Assembly (NCBI RefSeq): GCF_009914755.1
Contig: NC_060927.1
Reading direction: 5' to 3' (one strand)
Origin: the human T2T-CHM13v2.0 reference genome, Homo sapiens
DNA length: 64,000 nt
The notes beneath the pieces are model-generated. The model ran no database searches, was not told the DNA's origin, and saw only the letters and a list, made by a program, of their open reading frames with translations. Below are positions 14,082 to 36,483 of the stretch, in pieces (position 1 is the stretch's first letter; every line of letters begins with the position of its first letter). Position numbers and translations under genes: made by a program.

Positions 14082-15559
14082 GATCTGACAATCTTTAGAT
14101 GAAAATAAAAAGTGCAAGGAAGAAAATATTACTAATTATTAATGAAGCCAGGTTCTTAAGTCTCAAGAAAATTAACACCTACTGAGTCTGTTCATTTTTT
14201 TTTAAGCGCTCAGGAACTTTTTATCACATAAATAAATAATAAATGTTGAATGACATCCCAGGCCTTTTTAATCAATAATGTATCTGGATAATAGTTCTCA
14301 TTGCACTTTTTAACTCTACATACTCACCTTTGTATAAACCTTGTTTTTATGGGAAAACCCATTTTGAGTTCTAGTGAGGCACATTAGTTGTCGATATTTT
14401 CTAATTTGGTTGTATGACGAGGGAGTAGGTAGATGCCAATTAATAGCAACTTGCTAATCCACCTTATCCACATAAGAGAAGGCATCTCTACCTCTCTGTC
14501 TATATGATACTCCTCCCCAAGTATTCTGAATCACAGAAGGCTGGTCAGTCACAACCAACGAAGTCAGACGCTATTAAATAATAATACCACACACAAATCA
14601 TTGTTGGACATGTACAAAATTAGACTTTTTCCTTTATAAACAAACTGAGATGCAAACAAACCAACCCAAGAGATATACACAAAGTATCTTACTTTTCAAT
14701 AAAAACAAATACGTTCTATCTCATGAGAATAATTCCATGCTTACCTTCAAAAAACAAATGCAAACTTACTGTAAATTCATACATGTACTTTAACAATAAG
14801 AAAGGAAAAGCTAAACAGAACTGACTGAAAGAAAACAAGTTAATGAAAGTTTTGAATGTACTGCTGTATTTTTTCTCAAGTTCTGCTTTTTTATATTTTG
14901 CTGTTTTGGAGTTACAGCACTAAGTAAGCAGAAGCTTGCTGAACTATTCCAGAGTGAACAAAAGGGGAAGTAATATTTGTTTTTGTTGAACCAAATGAAT
15001 TCCAGTGAGATGTCTCCATAAACTTCTCCTCTTGTGTGGTAGTCATTCTGGAGAGATTATCCATGGAGTCTTGGACACTGAATTGGAACACCTTTCTTCA
15101 CCAGATTCTTTTCATACCGTTTGTTATGACTCATCTTAGAAAAGAGGGCCATTTTTAAGAAACATGCTTTCATGTGTAAATTTTAAAGAAACATGTTTAT
15201 ACATGTTTTTGTGTATAAAAATGCATAAATGTAAAACCACATATATTGGATTTTGGTGTTTATACATTAACAGTACCTCTCGAAAGCTAAAATGTTTATC
15301 ATTTTGAATCAAATTTAGACTTGTCAAGATAGTACAAACTTCTCTAACTTATCTGATAAACATCTACTCAATGGTACTACAGTTAACTCAATCTCTCAGC
15401 ATAAAACAACTTTTCACAACATTCCAGGGATGTCAGGAGGGATTAACTATGTTTTGACCCCAGCACTTGGTTGGTACAAGTCTGGTTATAGAAGGAGGCA
15501 GGGAAACCAGAAGGAGTCCTAGGGAGGCTGAGCCCATTTCACGCTCTGAAAAGCACAAC

Positions 15560-15955
15560 CTGCTGGATAGTTGCCCCCTTTGCAGTAGAGCATGGACATG
15601 TGACAGGGTGCTCCCAATCAGACCTACCTATCCACCCCAACTTTGAATTACGAGCCAATAAGGCAGAGAAGCAACAGACACAGGAAAGTCTCTAGGCAAT
15701 GGCATTTCTGAAGTTGCCGGCCTGGCAGCAGGGCTGGCAGCATGTCCAGTGCCTGTTTTGAGGGCTCAGTGTTGCCTGTAGTGGTGACCTTCCCAGATTA
15801 GTTCTGGGGCGTGCTTTAGATGTTGTTTCTGGCTGCATAATCTCTAAGACTGATTCTCCAATCTTCCGAAAACTACTCAATAGCTTTTCAATACTTATTT
15901 TCTGCTTAAATTATCTAGACTTTGTTTCTGCTGCTTCCAACTAAGAACCATGATG
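15560..15955 (+). mobile_element. old ERVL/MaLR-type LTR relic
   Basis: Ends ttttctgcttaaa...tttctgctgcttccaactaagaacc, typical of LTR16/LTR33/MLT1 3' ends. Confidence 0.45.
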
Positions 15956-16495
15956 TTGGTCAGGGGAAAAGCCAAGAATACTGGGGAGTGCTTTGCCCTA
16001 AGAGTAGAGAAAAATGGGATATGCCACAGTAAGGGAGAGAATGGATCCCTGAAATGCATCTCAGTACCTTGCTATGAATTGCAGACAATCATATACCATC
16101 TTGTTAATTTCCATACTTTACCTCTCAAACCTTTATCAATTCATTTATTTAATACCTATTTATGTACAGCCTACTATATATCTTATCTAGTACTATTCTA
16201 AGCACTGGGTGAAAACAGTGGACAAAACTTAAGCAATCGTTTCCATGATAACACAGGTTAAAATGAAGGGGGCAAAAGTGATAGTGCCTCTGCATGTTGT
16301 ACAAAAACATACACTTTTGCAGTGCCTCATGCTATGGTTTATAGGAACACAGTGAACCGCAACACCATCAGCAATAAATCGTCAGGACTGGCTCCTGTAT
16401 TAATAGAAATTGGAGGTATATACCATAGAAAATATTGATTATGGCTTCCGTAAGAGTTCTTTTCCAAAGAAGGAAAAGTTAATACAATGTTCTTT

Positions 16496-18885
<2,390 letters not shown>

Positions 18886-19628
18886 CTATTCTTGTATTAC
18901 CCTTATTTCCATTTCTTTTCCAAATGTGTCTATATTACCATTAAAAGAAAAGCGTAATATACAGGGAAGCTGGAAAAAGCATTGTCTAAAGAATGTATTT
19001 AACAGTAGATAATCTCTGTATTTATCCAGTGTCTTTCTCTGTTTTTCACACAAGCAGAACCTTGTAAGCACACAAAAATATGAGCACAATAAAGAAGCCA
19101 ACTATTTTGGATTTATTTCATGAGACATAATATCTACTTGTATCTTTTTAGAAAGAAAAACCACTTACTTGCCAAGTTTTTGAACTTTACAAAAGTTTTG
19201 GGTTCACATTATGATATTTCTACGTTGTACCAAAATTTAGATATGCTAAAGAGACACATTTCAGGGATTCATTCCCTCCCTTACTGTGGCATCTTCCATC
19301 TCTCTCAAGGCAAACTAACTTTCACAAAGTAACATGATTAAACATAGTTAAGTAGGGAAGGTACTACTTAAATGTGTATATATTTAATTATTCAGTAAAG
19401 CAACTAACATGACTTGGAAATCAGCCTTGGTAACCTGAGATAGATCAAGCATGATAGAGCTGATATGACTGCATTCTTTGAGGCCTGGGATATTCTCTAA
19501 ATGTGATTCTACCTGACAGCATGAAGAGTACCATTAGTAAAATTTTAGGGAACTTGAGAGTTTTTAATTAAACTCTGTGTGTTGTCCAGTCCTGTGACTT
19601 CTGCCCTGGCTCTCTTGAATAAACTCCT

Positions 19629-19800
19629 CTTTTTTTTTTTTGAGACAGGGTCTCACTCTCTTGCACAGGCTGGGTTCAATTGATCCTCCCGCCTCAGCCT
19701 CACAAGTAGCTGGGATTATAGATGTGCACCACCACACCCGGAAAATTTTTAAAATATTTTTGTAGAGATGGGGTCTCACCATCTTGCTCAGGTTGGTTTC
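19629..19800 (-). mobile_element. internally deleted Alu
   Basis: Partial antisense Alu with TSD-like tgaataa..ctcttt. Confidence 0.8.
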
Positions 19801-19999
19801 ACTGAATAACCTCTTTTACCCCTACTTTTTATTTATAGAATTAGCAGTTTAAAACTTCAGGTAAAAGAGTTCAGCGTGAAGCTTGCATCACTGTGATATA
19901 TGATGCTTTATTGGCAGAATTTAGGAAATGTTTTTGTAAGTAAAACTGTGAACATAGGTTGCATCTGGGGAGGGAAACTGGGGGCCAGAGAAGGGAGAG

Positions 20000-20315
20000 T
20001 TTTTTCTTTTTCTTTTCTTTTCTTTTTCTTTTTTTGAGACAGAGTCTCACTCTATCACCTAGGCTGGAGTACAGTGGGGTGATCTCGGCTCACTGTAACC
20101 TCCGCCTCCAGGGTTCAAGTGATTCTTTTCCTCAGCCTCCTGAGTAGATGGGATTACAGGTGTGCCCACCACACCCAGCTAATTTTTGTATTTTTATTGG
20201 AGATGGGGCTTCACCATGTTGGCCAGACTGGTCTTGAACTCCCAACCTCAGGTGATCCTCCCACCTCAGCCTCCTAAAGTGCTGGGTTACAGGTGTGAGC
20301 CACCACACCTGGCCA
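20000..20315 (-). mobile_element. AluS inserted in an L1ME 3' end
   Basis: Antisense dimer; flanks read as L1ME 3'UTR. Confidence 0.9.
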
Positions 20316-20870
20316 GGATACTTTTTACTGTGTATCTTTTTGTTCCTTTTGAATTGAGAACCATGTGAACATACTACCTAGTCAAAAATAAATTTTAAAA
20401 TGTTATATAATAAAAATAAAATCAGTCCTTAGTTAAATAAAAGTATCCTATCCATACTGTTAAAAACCTTGTCTACATCCCTGAAAAGCCGTCAGATTCT
20501 TCCAGTCAGCTCAAATGTTAGTATTGAACTTACACTACCATCTCTAAGCAAGCAAACAATAAAAAGTCTTGAACCTTATGATTGGTATTACAGACTTCTG
20601 GGAAATTTTAGAGAGTTGATCCTGTACGGCACCAAAAACCTAGTATGGAAATATATTTAAATATGTAAAGAGAAGACATTAAGAAGTGGCTGGAATTTGG
20701 TCTGCTTTGAAATGTAATGTTATACTTCCATTTTCTGAGTAAAAGAGGCAGAAAATAAAACATTAAAAACGTATGTAAATATGGTCTTTTGTTTACATAA
20801 ATGGGATGATTCAATGATCATTATTCTGTGACTTGTCTTTCCTACTTAATAATAAATATTGAAGAATATT

Positions 20871-21145
20871 CTTTTTTTTTTTTTTTTCCGAGACGGGGTC
20901 TCACTCTGTTGCCCAGGCTGGAGTGCAGTGGCTCGAGCTCAGCTCACTGCAACCTCCCCCTCCTGGGTTCAAGTGATTCTCCTGCCTCAGCCTAATGAGT
21001 AGCTGGGACTACAGGCTCATGCCATCACGCGCAGCTAATTTTTGTGTTTTTAGTAGAGATGGGGTTTCACCATGTTGGCCAGGATGGTCTCTATCTCCTG
21101 ACCTCATGATCTTCCCACCCAGGTGTGAGCCACTGCACCCAGCCC
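20871..21145 (-). mobile_element. AluS with small deletion
   Basis: Antisense dimer missing the cccaaagtgctgggattac segment. Confidence 0.9.
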
Positions 21146-22022
21146 AGAGTATTCCTTTTAAACATCCATTTAGTCAAGTACTAACATATATTAAAAGAAA
21201 GAGTTAACTTTGACTACCATAATTTTTTAAAATGTTAAATATGAGAAACTTGGGGCACCATTTAGCGGAGAATGTATACTTTCCTAAGTTTCCTAAAGTT
21301 CATATTTTTATATACGGTAAAGCACTAACACAGGATAATACTTCTACCCTAGAGCAGCAGCATTTAAATTCTTTGGATCACCCGTTCCTTAAAAAAATTG
21401 TTGACCATAAAGGATCTTAGACTCAGAAAATCTCCAGGCACATTAATTTTGTTTATATTACAATTTTAGGGTTTTTTAAGGTTCTTAAAGCCCAACCGTG
21501 CATCTTAAGCACCATTGATTAAGGACCCTCTATAAATGAAAAAATATCTTTATTGCCTGTACACCTAATTGGAATGGCTACTTTGGCTGGATTTGGATGT
21601 AGAAAATTCCCTTTCATTCTTATTGTTACTGAGAATTTCTTCTCCTTCCTCATTCCACTGCCAGTAATCACTGTGGCCCCACCAAAGTGATCTAATGCTC
21701 TTCTTCCCACATCAAAATTCCAGATCTGCCCCTTGGCTTTGTTTTCATATCGGTTCTGAGATGACAGGACTGGGCAGGCAATAAAGGGTGTGGGGAGGCA
21801 AGAGGAAGAAGAGTAAAGAGGGGGCAACTTTATCCCTTCTCCATGTCTTACTTCCCCTTACAGCACAAAGCATGCGTAAGACCTGTTATACAAATGGAAG
21901 TGAGGAGAAGGCAAAAAGAGACAATTTCTTTTTAAGTTATGGAATTACTTTGGTTGACTTATCCCCAACTTTATTCAAAATGAGATAGATATCTTAGACG
22001 AATATTATCCTGACCATCATAC

Positions 22023-22166
22023 CTTAACAAAGCATTTGAGAGTTGAACAGAAAGATATTCCAACATCAGCAAGACTCCAACTGTCCTTTAGAGCAGCTCC
22101 AGCATACATTAACTCCAGATACCGCCTGCCTTGTTTGTCTTCAGAGAGAGGAATGTGGAAATAATC
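22023..22166 (-). CDS. ANKUB1: ANKUB1 coding exon 2 ([48 protein letters not shown])
   Basis: 144 nt, phase 0/0; acceptor ttttaag|GAT, donor AAG|GTATGA; [22 protein letters not shown] aligns with ubiquitin LIFAGKQLEDGRTLSDYNI..STL. Confidence 0.93.
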
Positions 22167-22298
22167 CTTAAAAATCAATAGCATATTATGAAAACAGTAC
22201 ATCCTTACGTTACTAGACCAGAAATGTACTCTCTTTCCCTTTACATTTTTTTCCTCTGGGCATTATAATTGTTTGGGACAAAGGGAAGAAGTATTAAA

Positions 22299-22789
22299 TA
22301 GGGGTTCTTAACTTAGAGAACTTCCAAAACATTTATGGGTAGAATTTAGATGGGAAGAAACTACATCTTTATTTTATTAACTCTAAATGAAATTGAGATT
22401 TTCTTTCAACTATACATGTAGGCAGCAAATTAAAGTAGGAGTAGTCGCTGTACCTGTGACTGACACCAATAGAAGTCACAGATGTTTTCATATCACATTA
22501 TAGTTGTTGCAAATATTTCAAAATATTATTTCTACTGATCTGTATTTTGAAAATAATAGTTATTAGATGAGCTGCTAGAACTTGTTAGTTAATGTGTTAA
22601 TTAGGAAGTCCACATGTCACTATATCATACATTTGCTTTTTAATATTGGAAAATGTATTTCAATATAACAAATTTCATTTCTATCATATCTGCTTTATTT
22701 TATGCATTTAAAGACATTCTGAGAAGCAGTCTATAGACATCACCAGACTTCCAAAGGGGTTAATAAAACATAGAGGTTAAGATCCCTTG
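22299..22789. mobile_element. Charlie4a-like hAT DNA transposon
   Basis: Inverted termini aggggttcttaac ... ggttaagatcccttg; internal caccagacttccaaagggg. Confidence 0.6.
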
Positions 22790-23518
22790 TGTTACAAGAT
22801 TTAGATTTCAATCATCATAATAATCTACTGAATATCATGTAACTATGGTTCAGTAAATGCCGCTTAGCAAATAGGAATGACCATCTCCAAGTTAAATATT
22901 TGATGATCAGAAACTAAATATTTTGCTTAATTTTTTATTTTAGAGTAAACATTTATATGAAGTTTATAAGGAAGATACTATACCCAAGTTATTTCTTATT
23001 CTGGCTCTGTGATCCTAGGTAAGATAGTCAACCTCTCAGAGCTTCAGTTTTTTCTGAATGCAAAATGAAGCCATAGCTCACAAGTTCTCTAAAGTCCTCT
23101 CTGCTTCCAAAATCTTCTGTTCTTTGTAGTTGTTTGCTCACCAAATAAGACATTTATCTGATGACTGGCATGTCCCACGTATATAGCCTGAAGTTGGTGT
23201 CTTGCTTTGGTCCTTTTATGAAGAATTGCAATAATATTATCTGGCCTATGCACAACCCACACATTCCCTAAAAAGAAGTCAGACTTTTTTTTTTTCTTGA
23301 TAATTGACTGGCTCTTTTTGCTTTCTTGTCCAACACTACCAGAGTTACTATCTTCTTATAAATCTATTGTGTAAGCAAATAATAGTATTTTCAAATAGTT
23401 TTCGTTCCCTGTTTGCTGAAAATGTACCCAATAGCATCTCTACCCTTTGTACATTTTTAAATGCACTGCATTGTTAAAATTAATATACATTTTGGTGGTT
23501 TGGGAACGAAGTACATAC

Positions 23519-23608
23519 CTTTATCATCAGCTTGACAACCTCCACAGTTTCATCTGCTGAAACATCAAACGGTTCAAAAGATCCTTCAAAGGCGATGAAA
23601 ATCCTCAT
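23519..23608 (-). CDS. ANKUB1: ANKUB1 coding exon 1 (MRIFIAFEGSFEPFDVSADETVEVVKLMIK)
   Basis: ATG at 23608 with A at -3; 90 nt = 30 codons; donor AAG|GTATGT; ubiquitin-like N-terminal strands and helix; matches the recalled ANKUB1 N-terminus. Confidence 0.93.
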
Positions 23609-24147
23609 TGTACAATTACCTTTTCAAACAAAAAATATCCAACTTTTTCAAAGATTCTCCTGGATGGCTAGAAAAATTCCGGTTCACAATTAAGGACAAA
23701 AATGATAGCCAGAGGCGGCTGTCACTGTCTAGCCTCAAAGGTAAGTTGTAGAATGTGAAGAGCCTAGTCCCACAGTGCCACAGTATCAGGCAACACAGAC
23801 ACCAGCTACTTTGGAGGAAATATTTATCTGCGGAAGGCAGTAGTCAATAGCCACCTTATTCCTATATTACGGAAACCAGCAAACTTGACAATGGTTGAGG
23901 CAAGTATGGACAAGCTTCAAGCATGTGATACAAAAATGCTACTCATAAATTACACTTTTGTGATGTGGTCCCCATCAACTGACTCCTGAATTCTTATTTA
24001 CATAAGTACAGCTGATTGAAGAACCCTTAAAAATAGATATTTGATTGGGATGCACTAGCACAGGGTGAAGCAAAACAAGAGTTGATTTTATTGAATGTGA
24101 TAATCCTGAAAGTTCTCTGTAAATAACTCTTGAGCTGAAACATTCTG

Positions 24148-24161
24148 GTTTCCATAACAAC
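24148..24161. promoter_or_regulatory. RFX X-box in the probable ANKUB1 promoter
   Basis: GTTTCCATAACAAC, a 14-bp X-box-type imperfect palindrome 540 bp upstream of the ANKUB1 ATG in non-repeat sequence. Confidence 0.7.
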
Positions 24162-24439
24162 TTTGTGTACTTGTTCTCTGGCAGTATTTATAATCCTGCC
24201 ACAGGGTACAGAACAATACCCACTTGCACCAGGGAGATGAATGTGTAGGCAAATCATTCTGTGGCTTTCTTTTCTGATTTCTGTGTCATAGAATCTGCTG
24301 AGTAGCAACACAATATAGTTGGTATTTTCTTTAATCCTTGCCTTTATGTTATTTAGAACAATTTCCCATTGTTATCTCCTTCAACCCCCACTTAGTGTTG
24401 GTGGAAAATATTTCAAACCCGCTCAATAAGCGAGCAAAT

Positions 24440-25033
<594 letters not shown>

Positions 25034-25039
25034 TTAACA

Positions 25040-27620
<2,581 letters not shown>

Positions 27621-28321
27621 AGTCCAACTTACAGCCCTTCCAAGAAGCCTTCTTGATGTCACCAGGGAAGTTGACTTGTTTTCTCTATTCCCCTGCTGCA
27701 TCATACATTCTTTAACTACAGGATCTTTTATACTGCATCAATTTATTGTGTCAGTGACAGCCTCCTCCACTAGACTGTGAGCTTCCTGATGGTGGGGCAG
27801 TGTCTTATTCTCCTTTGTATCCCCAGTGGCCTAGCCCAGAGCCTCACAATGAATGAATAGACAAGCTAGATTAATATCATTAAAAATTGCCTTGTAACAA
27901 TAAAATGACAGGTAGACTTGAAAAACTCATAGCAGTTTAGAGACAGCTTAAAATGATAAGGATTACACTTGATTCTCTCAGTTGCAATTTAGGAACAGCT
28001 TTCCTTAGCATCTAGAGGCCCTTTTTTGAGTTATTTTTCTTTTTCCAAGAGTGGTAAAACTAAGTTAGTTAGCCTACTGGGGACCTCCTACATGCAATGG
28101 AACATGCTAGGTCTTTGGAAGATTTGGTCCTAGATATGATCTTAAGGGATTTGCTATGAGTAGGAAAGATGACAGATGTCCAAAACACCTGGACCAGGGA
28201 CTGTATTATAGGATGAAGTATAAGAAAGGTGTGAATAAAACAGAAGATATGGAGGTGAAGACACACTTGATCTGAGATAAGATATATTGTTAATTCATTT
28301 ATTCATTCAATACATGCACAC

Positions 28322-28956
28322 TGTAGGAAAGTTGTGGTATCCTTCTTCATCCATCATAAGGGTCATGGCCAACACTCCTATAACAAAGACAGATTAATAA
28401 GAGAAAAGCATAGCAAATGTATTTAATCAAAGTTTTAGTGACATGGGGAACTTCAGAAATGAAGATTCAAAGACCCAGGGAAAACTGACCATTTTAATGC
28501 TTAGATTTGATGAAGAATGAACAGCCATGTAGAAATGAAATTGGACAAAGGGGTATAATCTAATGGTAATTGACTGAGGGGGAAAACTCAGCAAGGCCTG
28601 TCTGTTCATAGTCTTCTTGGCCTGTCTGTGTAGCACCCCTTCCTCCCAGGTATAGGACAGGACCCCTCTGGAATGAGGGTCTTTAAGGGAGAAAGGAGAG
28701 AGTCACCTTTCTAGATTTTTTAGCTTACATTAGAGATGAGGAGTTCTAGTTTTTATGTCCTGCCTTGGAGAAGAGGAATTCTGGTTTCTTTGACTCCCTT
28801 CAGGGGAGGAGGAAGTGTGGGAAACCAGAGGGCAGGAGAAGGTCGAGAGAGACTTTGCTTCTGAGGCTGCTTCTGAGGCCTTCCAGTTTTCTTTAGTTCA
28901 AAGTACTCAGTACGCCAAAGTGACATACTTTTGAGTATCATTTTCTAAGCTGAACA
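28322..28956 (-). mobile_element. ERV1 solo LTR (MER39/MER34-like) inserted in an L2 tail
   Basis: TG...CA termini; 4-bp TSD acac/gcac; flanks rejoin as an L2 3' end (cattcaatacatgcac|tgagcccctaatacgtgtcaggcactg). Confidence 0.7.
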
Positions 28957-29501
28957 GCACTGAGCCCCTAATACGTGTCAGGCACTGTTCTGTGCTGGAT
29001 TATTGCAGTGAACAAGACATGGAGCTTCCAGTGTAGTGTGTATATGTGTGTATGTGTCTTTGGGGTGGAGAGGAGAGTAAGACTAGGTAGGGAATCGGGG
29101 GAGGGCAAATACAATAATTAAGTAACTGATAAATAAGGAAGCTCTGTTTAAAGAGAATGGTCAAATAGTAGGGCTAAACATGGAAAAAGTAAATAATACA
29201 AAATAAATGTAATGAATTAGGAAAGGAATTGCTTACTGGGAATAACAGTAGGGAATAATTAGATTTAATGCAGGGAAAACAAATAAATAGCAAGATGACA
29301 CATAACAAGAGAGAAAGAGAAGGAAAAATAGTGTTACAAGAAGATCTGGATGCACATGAAAAGAAACAGCCATGCCACAACTAGTGACTAATATTTTAGT
29401 CCACTGTCCTCTTCTACATTTCAAAAATGGAAATCAGTTTCTTGATTCTTATTTCTGAGTTTAAAGCGTAGCATTCTACCTATTATAGTTTAACTCTTTA
29501 G

Positions 29502-31457
<1,956 letters not shown>

Positions 31458-31885
31458 AAAGCTTTGAAATAATTACATGCTTATATTGATTTTAAAATAT
31501 TTTCTGATTTATGACATATTGATACATGGCATACATGTTATTGATATGTACAGAATAACAAGAAGAATTTTATGTTACATGGTAAATAGTATTGTAAATC
31601 AATGCTGAATGATTGGTGGTCCTTTATGATACTATTTACCTTAGAAGTATCTGCTTTGGTATTAAAATGTCAATGCTAATGTGTTGAGAAAGAATTGATA
31701 GTATCTATTTTTAATATCTAACTATGCTTTTATTATTGTGACTTTTAAAATTTGTCATTGAGTTTTGTTCTTTCTTTCCATCTAAGAAAGCATAAATATG
31801 CATTCGAATCATCTGGTGATCCTTTTTATATGTTGTTTCTCACTGAGAAGTTCTAGAGTGGGACCTGGGATTTTCAATTTAATAA

Positions 31886-32243
<358 letters not shown>

Positions 32244-33846
32244 TGAATAGCAAGGAACTAGAAGTTATATGGAGCTTTTAAAAAAAAGTAATTGTAAAGA
32301 GAAAGAATTTTTGTCCCAGCTGCCTCCCAATTTAATACAAAGAAAAGCAAAAGAATATTGTCCTTTAAAATTCACCTAAAAATAGTTTCACAAAACAGTG
32401 GTTTTAATCTTGCATTATTTGGTTATTACTATTATTTGATATACCTAGTGTCTTTAATTGGATCATCTAAACACATGGCAAATGCAATTGAACAGTTCCC
32501 TCATGTCTTTATTTTTGGAAGTGAAAAAACTAGGGGCAGATGCATCTCATTAAATTGCTAAGATCAATAAAGACTTAACTATAACCAAGATGGAAGCTGG
32601 GAGAATTTCCAGACATTAGAGCTCATCACTAGATGCAAAGACTCTTTCAAGGAAGTGAAATTGTGCAATTGATAGCCAGAATAAACTCATGCTTGATATA
32701 GGAAATAACAAGCAGTAAACAGGAAAGAAATCTACAATTAGGAAAATAAGCAGTATTTAGGAAAATAGCAGTTATAAAACAGTTTATTGTCAACTAAAAT
32801 CGAACAAACAGTAGGCTAATTGAAGTACTATGTATCATTGTGTTAGTTGGAATGTTTTATATCAATACAGGACTTGTAAATTAAATTATAACTTTAACCA
32901 CAGTCCCATTTAGTAGAATGAAACACATCATGCTTAGCAGTCTCCTTTCTGCTATCCCATCCCCTATCTTGTGTTTAAATTGTAGAGAAAGCTCTTAAAT
33001 ATTCATCGAAGCCCCACAGATAAGGACGGTGCCTTCTCCGATCTTCTGTGTTCTCATTTTTGTTTAGTATTCCCCATTCTGTGGATTTTCCTTCCCTGCC
33101 TTAAGAATGTGTTTAGTCATGCAGTCTGCAGAAGAGTGTTGGGGTCAGGGGTGAGAACTGATCAAATATGAGGTGGCAATAGCTGACAATTAAATCTTTG
33201 ATGTCTTTCTTTTTTCTGGATCCAAAGAAAAGAATTAATGTAGGCATTTCAGATACCATTGTAAGGGTTCCGTGTGGAAAAAACTGTGAGGCAGGAACCA
33301 AGGATTCTCAAAACCTGCTTGACATATGCTAAAGGCTAGCTTTAAATATATTTTATTTAGTATAGTAGTTTTATTTGAAAGGTGCAAAGGAGGCTTCCTG
33401 TAAATTATCAAGCAGTTTTCCTACCTCAGCCTCTCAAAGTGATGGGATTATAGGCATGAGACACTGCACTTAATCCCAGTGTACAGATCTTTTATTACCT
33501 CCTTGGTTAAATTCTTTTCTAAGTATTTTATTCTTTTTGATACTATAATAAATTGAATTATTTTTAAATTTTTTTCTTGGATAGTTTATTGTTAATGTAT
33601 ACAAATCCTACCAAACGTTTAAATGTTCATGTTGTATTCTGCAACTTTACTGAATTCATTTATTAGTTCTAACAGTTTCTTGATGTAGTTTTTAGAGTTT
33701 TCTATATGTAAGATCATATCATCTGCAAACAAAGACAATTTTACTTCGTCCCTTCCAATTTGTATGTCTTAGATTTCATTTTGTTGCCTAGTTATTCTGA
33801 CTAGGACTTCCAGTATTATATATTGAAAATAATTGGTGAGAGTGGG

Positions 33847-34201
33847 TGTATTAGTCGGTTTACGTGCTGCTGATAAAGACATACCTGAGACTGGGAAGAA
33901 AAAGAAGTTTAATTGGACTTACAGTTCCGTATGGCTGGGTAGGCCTCAGAATCATGGAGGGAGGCAAAAGACACTTCTTACATGGCAGTGGCAAGAGAAA
34001 AATGGGAAAGATACAAAAGCAGAAATCCCTGATAAAACCATCAGATTTCACGAGACTTATTTACTGTCTTGAGAGCAGTATGGGGAAACTGCCCCCATTA
34101 TTCAAATTGTCTCCCATCGGGTCCCTCCCACAACATGTGGCAATTATGGGAGTACAATTCAAGATGAGATTTGGGTGGGGACACAGAGCCAAACCGTATC
34201 A
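33847..34201 (-). mobile_element. THE1B/C solo LTR (MaLR)
   Basis: tgtattagtc...aaaccgtatca, 355 bp; 5-bp TSD gtggg on both sides. Confidence 0.9.
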
Positions 34202-34437
34202 GTGGGCATCCTTGTCTTGTTCTTGTTTTAGAGGAAAAGCTTTCGGTTTTTCACCCTTGAGTTTGATGTTGCTGTGGGCTGGCCATATATGATCTTTATA
34301 TTGTATTGAGGTATATTACTTCTATACCTAATTTGTCAAGAGTGGATTTTTTAATCACAAAAGGATATTGAATTTTGTTAAATGCTTTTTTCTGTATCAA
34401 TTGGGATGATCATATGATTTTTGTCCTTCATTCTTTT

Positions 34438-36483
<2,046 letters not shown>

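Noticed and set aside
14880-15135. Unique-looking segment with a ~50-codon minus-strand ORF and an AP-1-like TGACTCA
   Set aside because: No recognisable homology or convincing splice-site pair; single short motif
15570-15587. CTCF-like CTGCAAAGGGGGCAAC on the minus strand
   Set aside because: Mismatches in the 5' CCAS core; weaker than the sites reported
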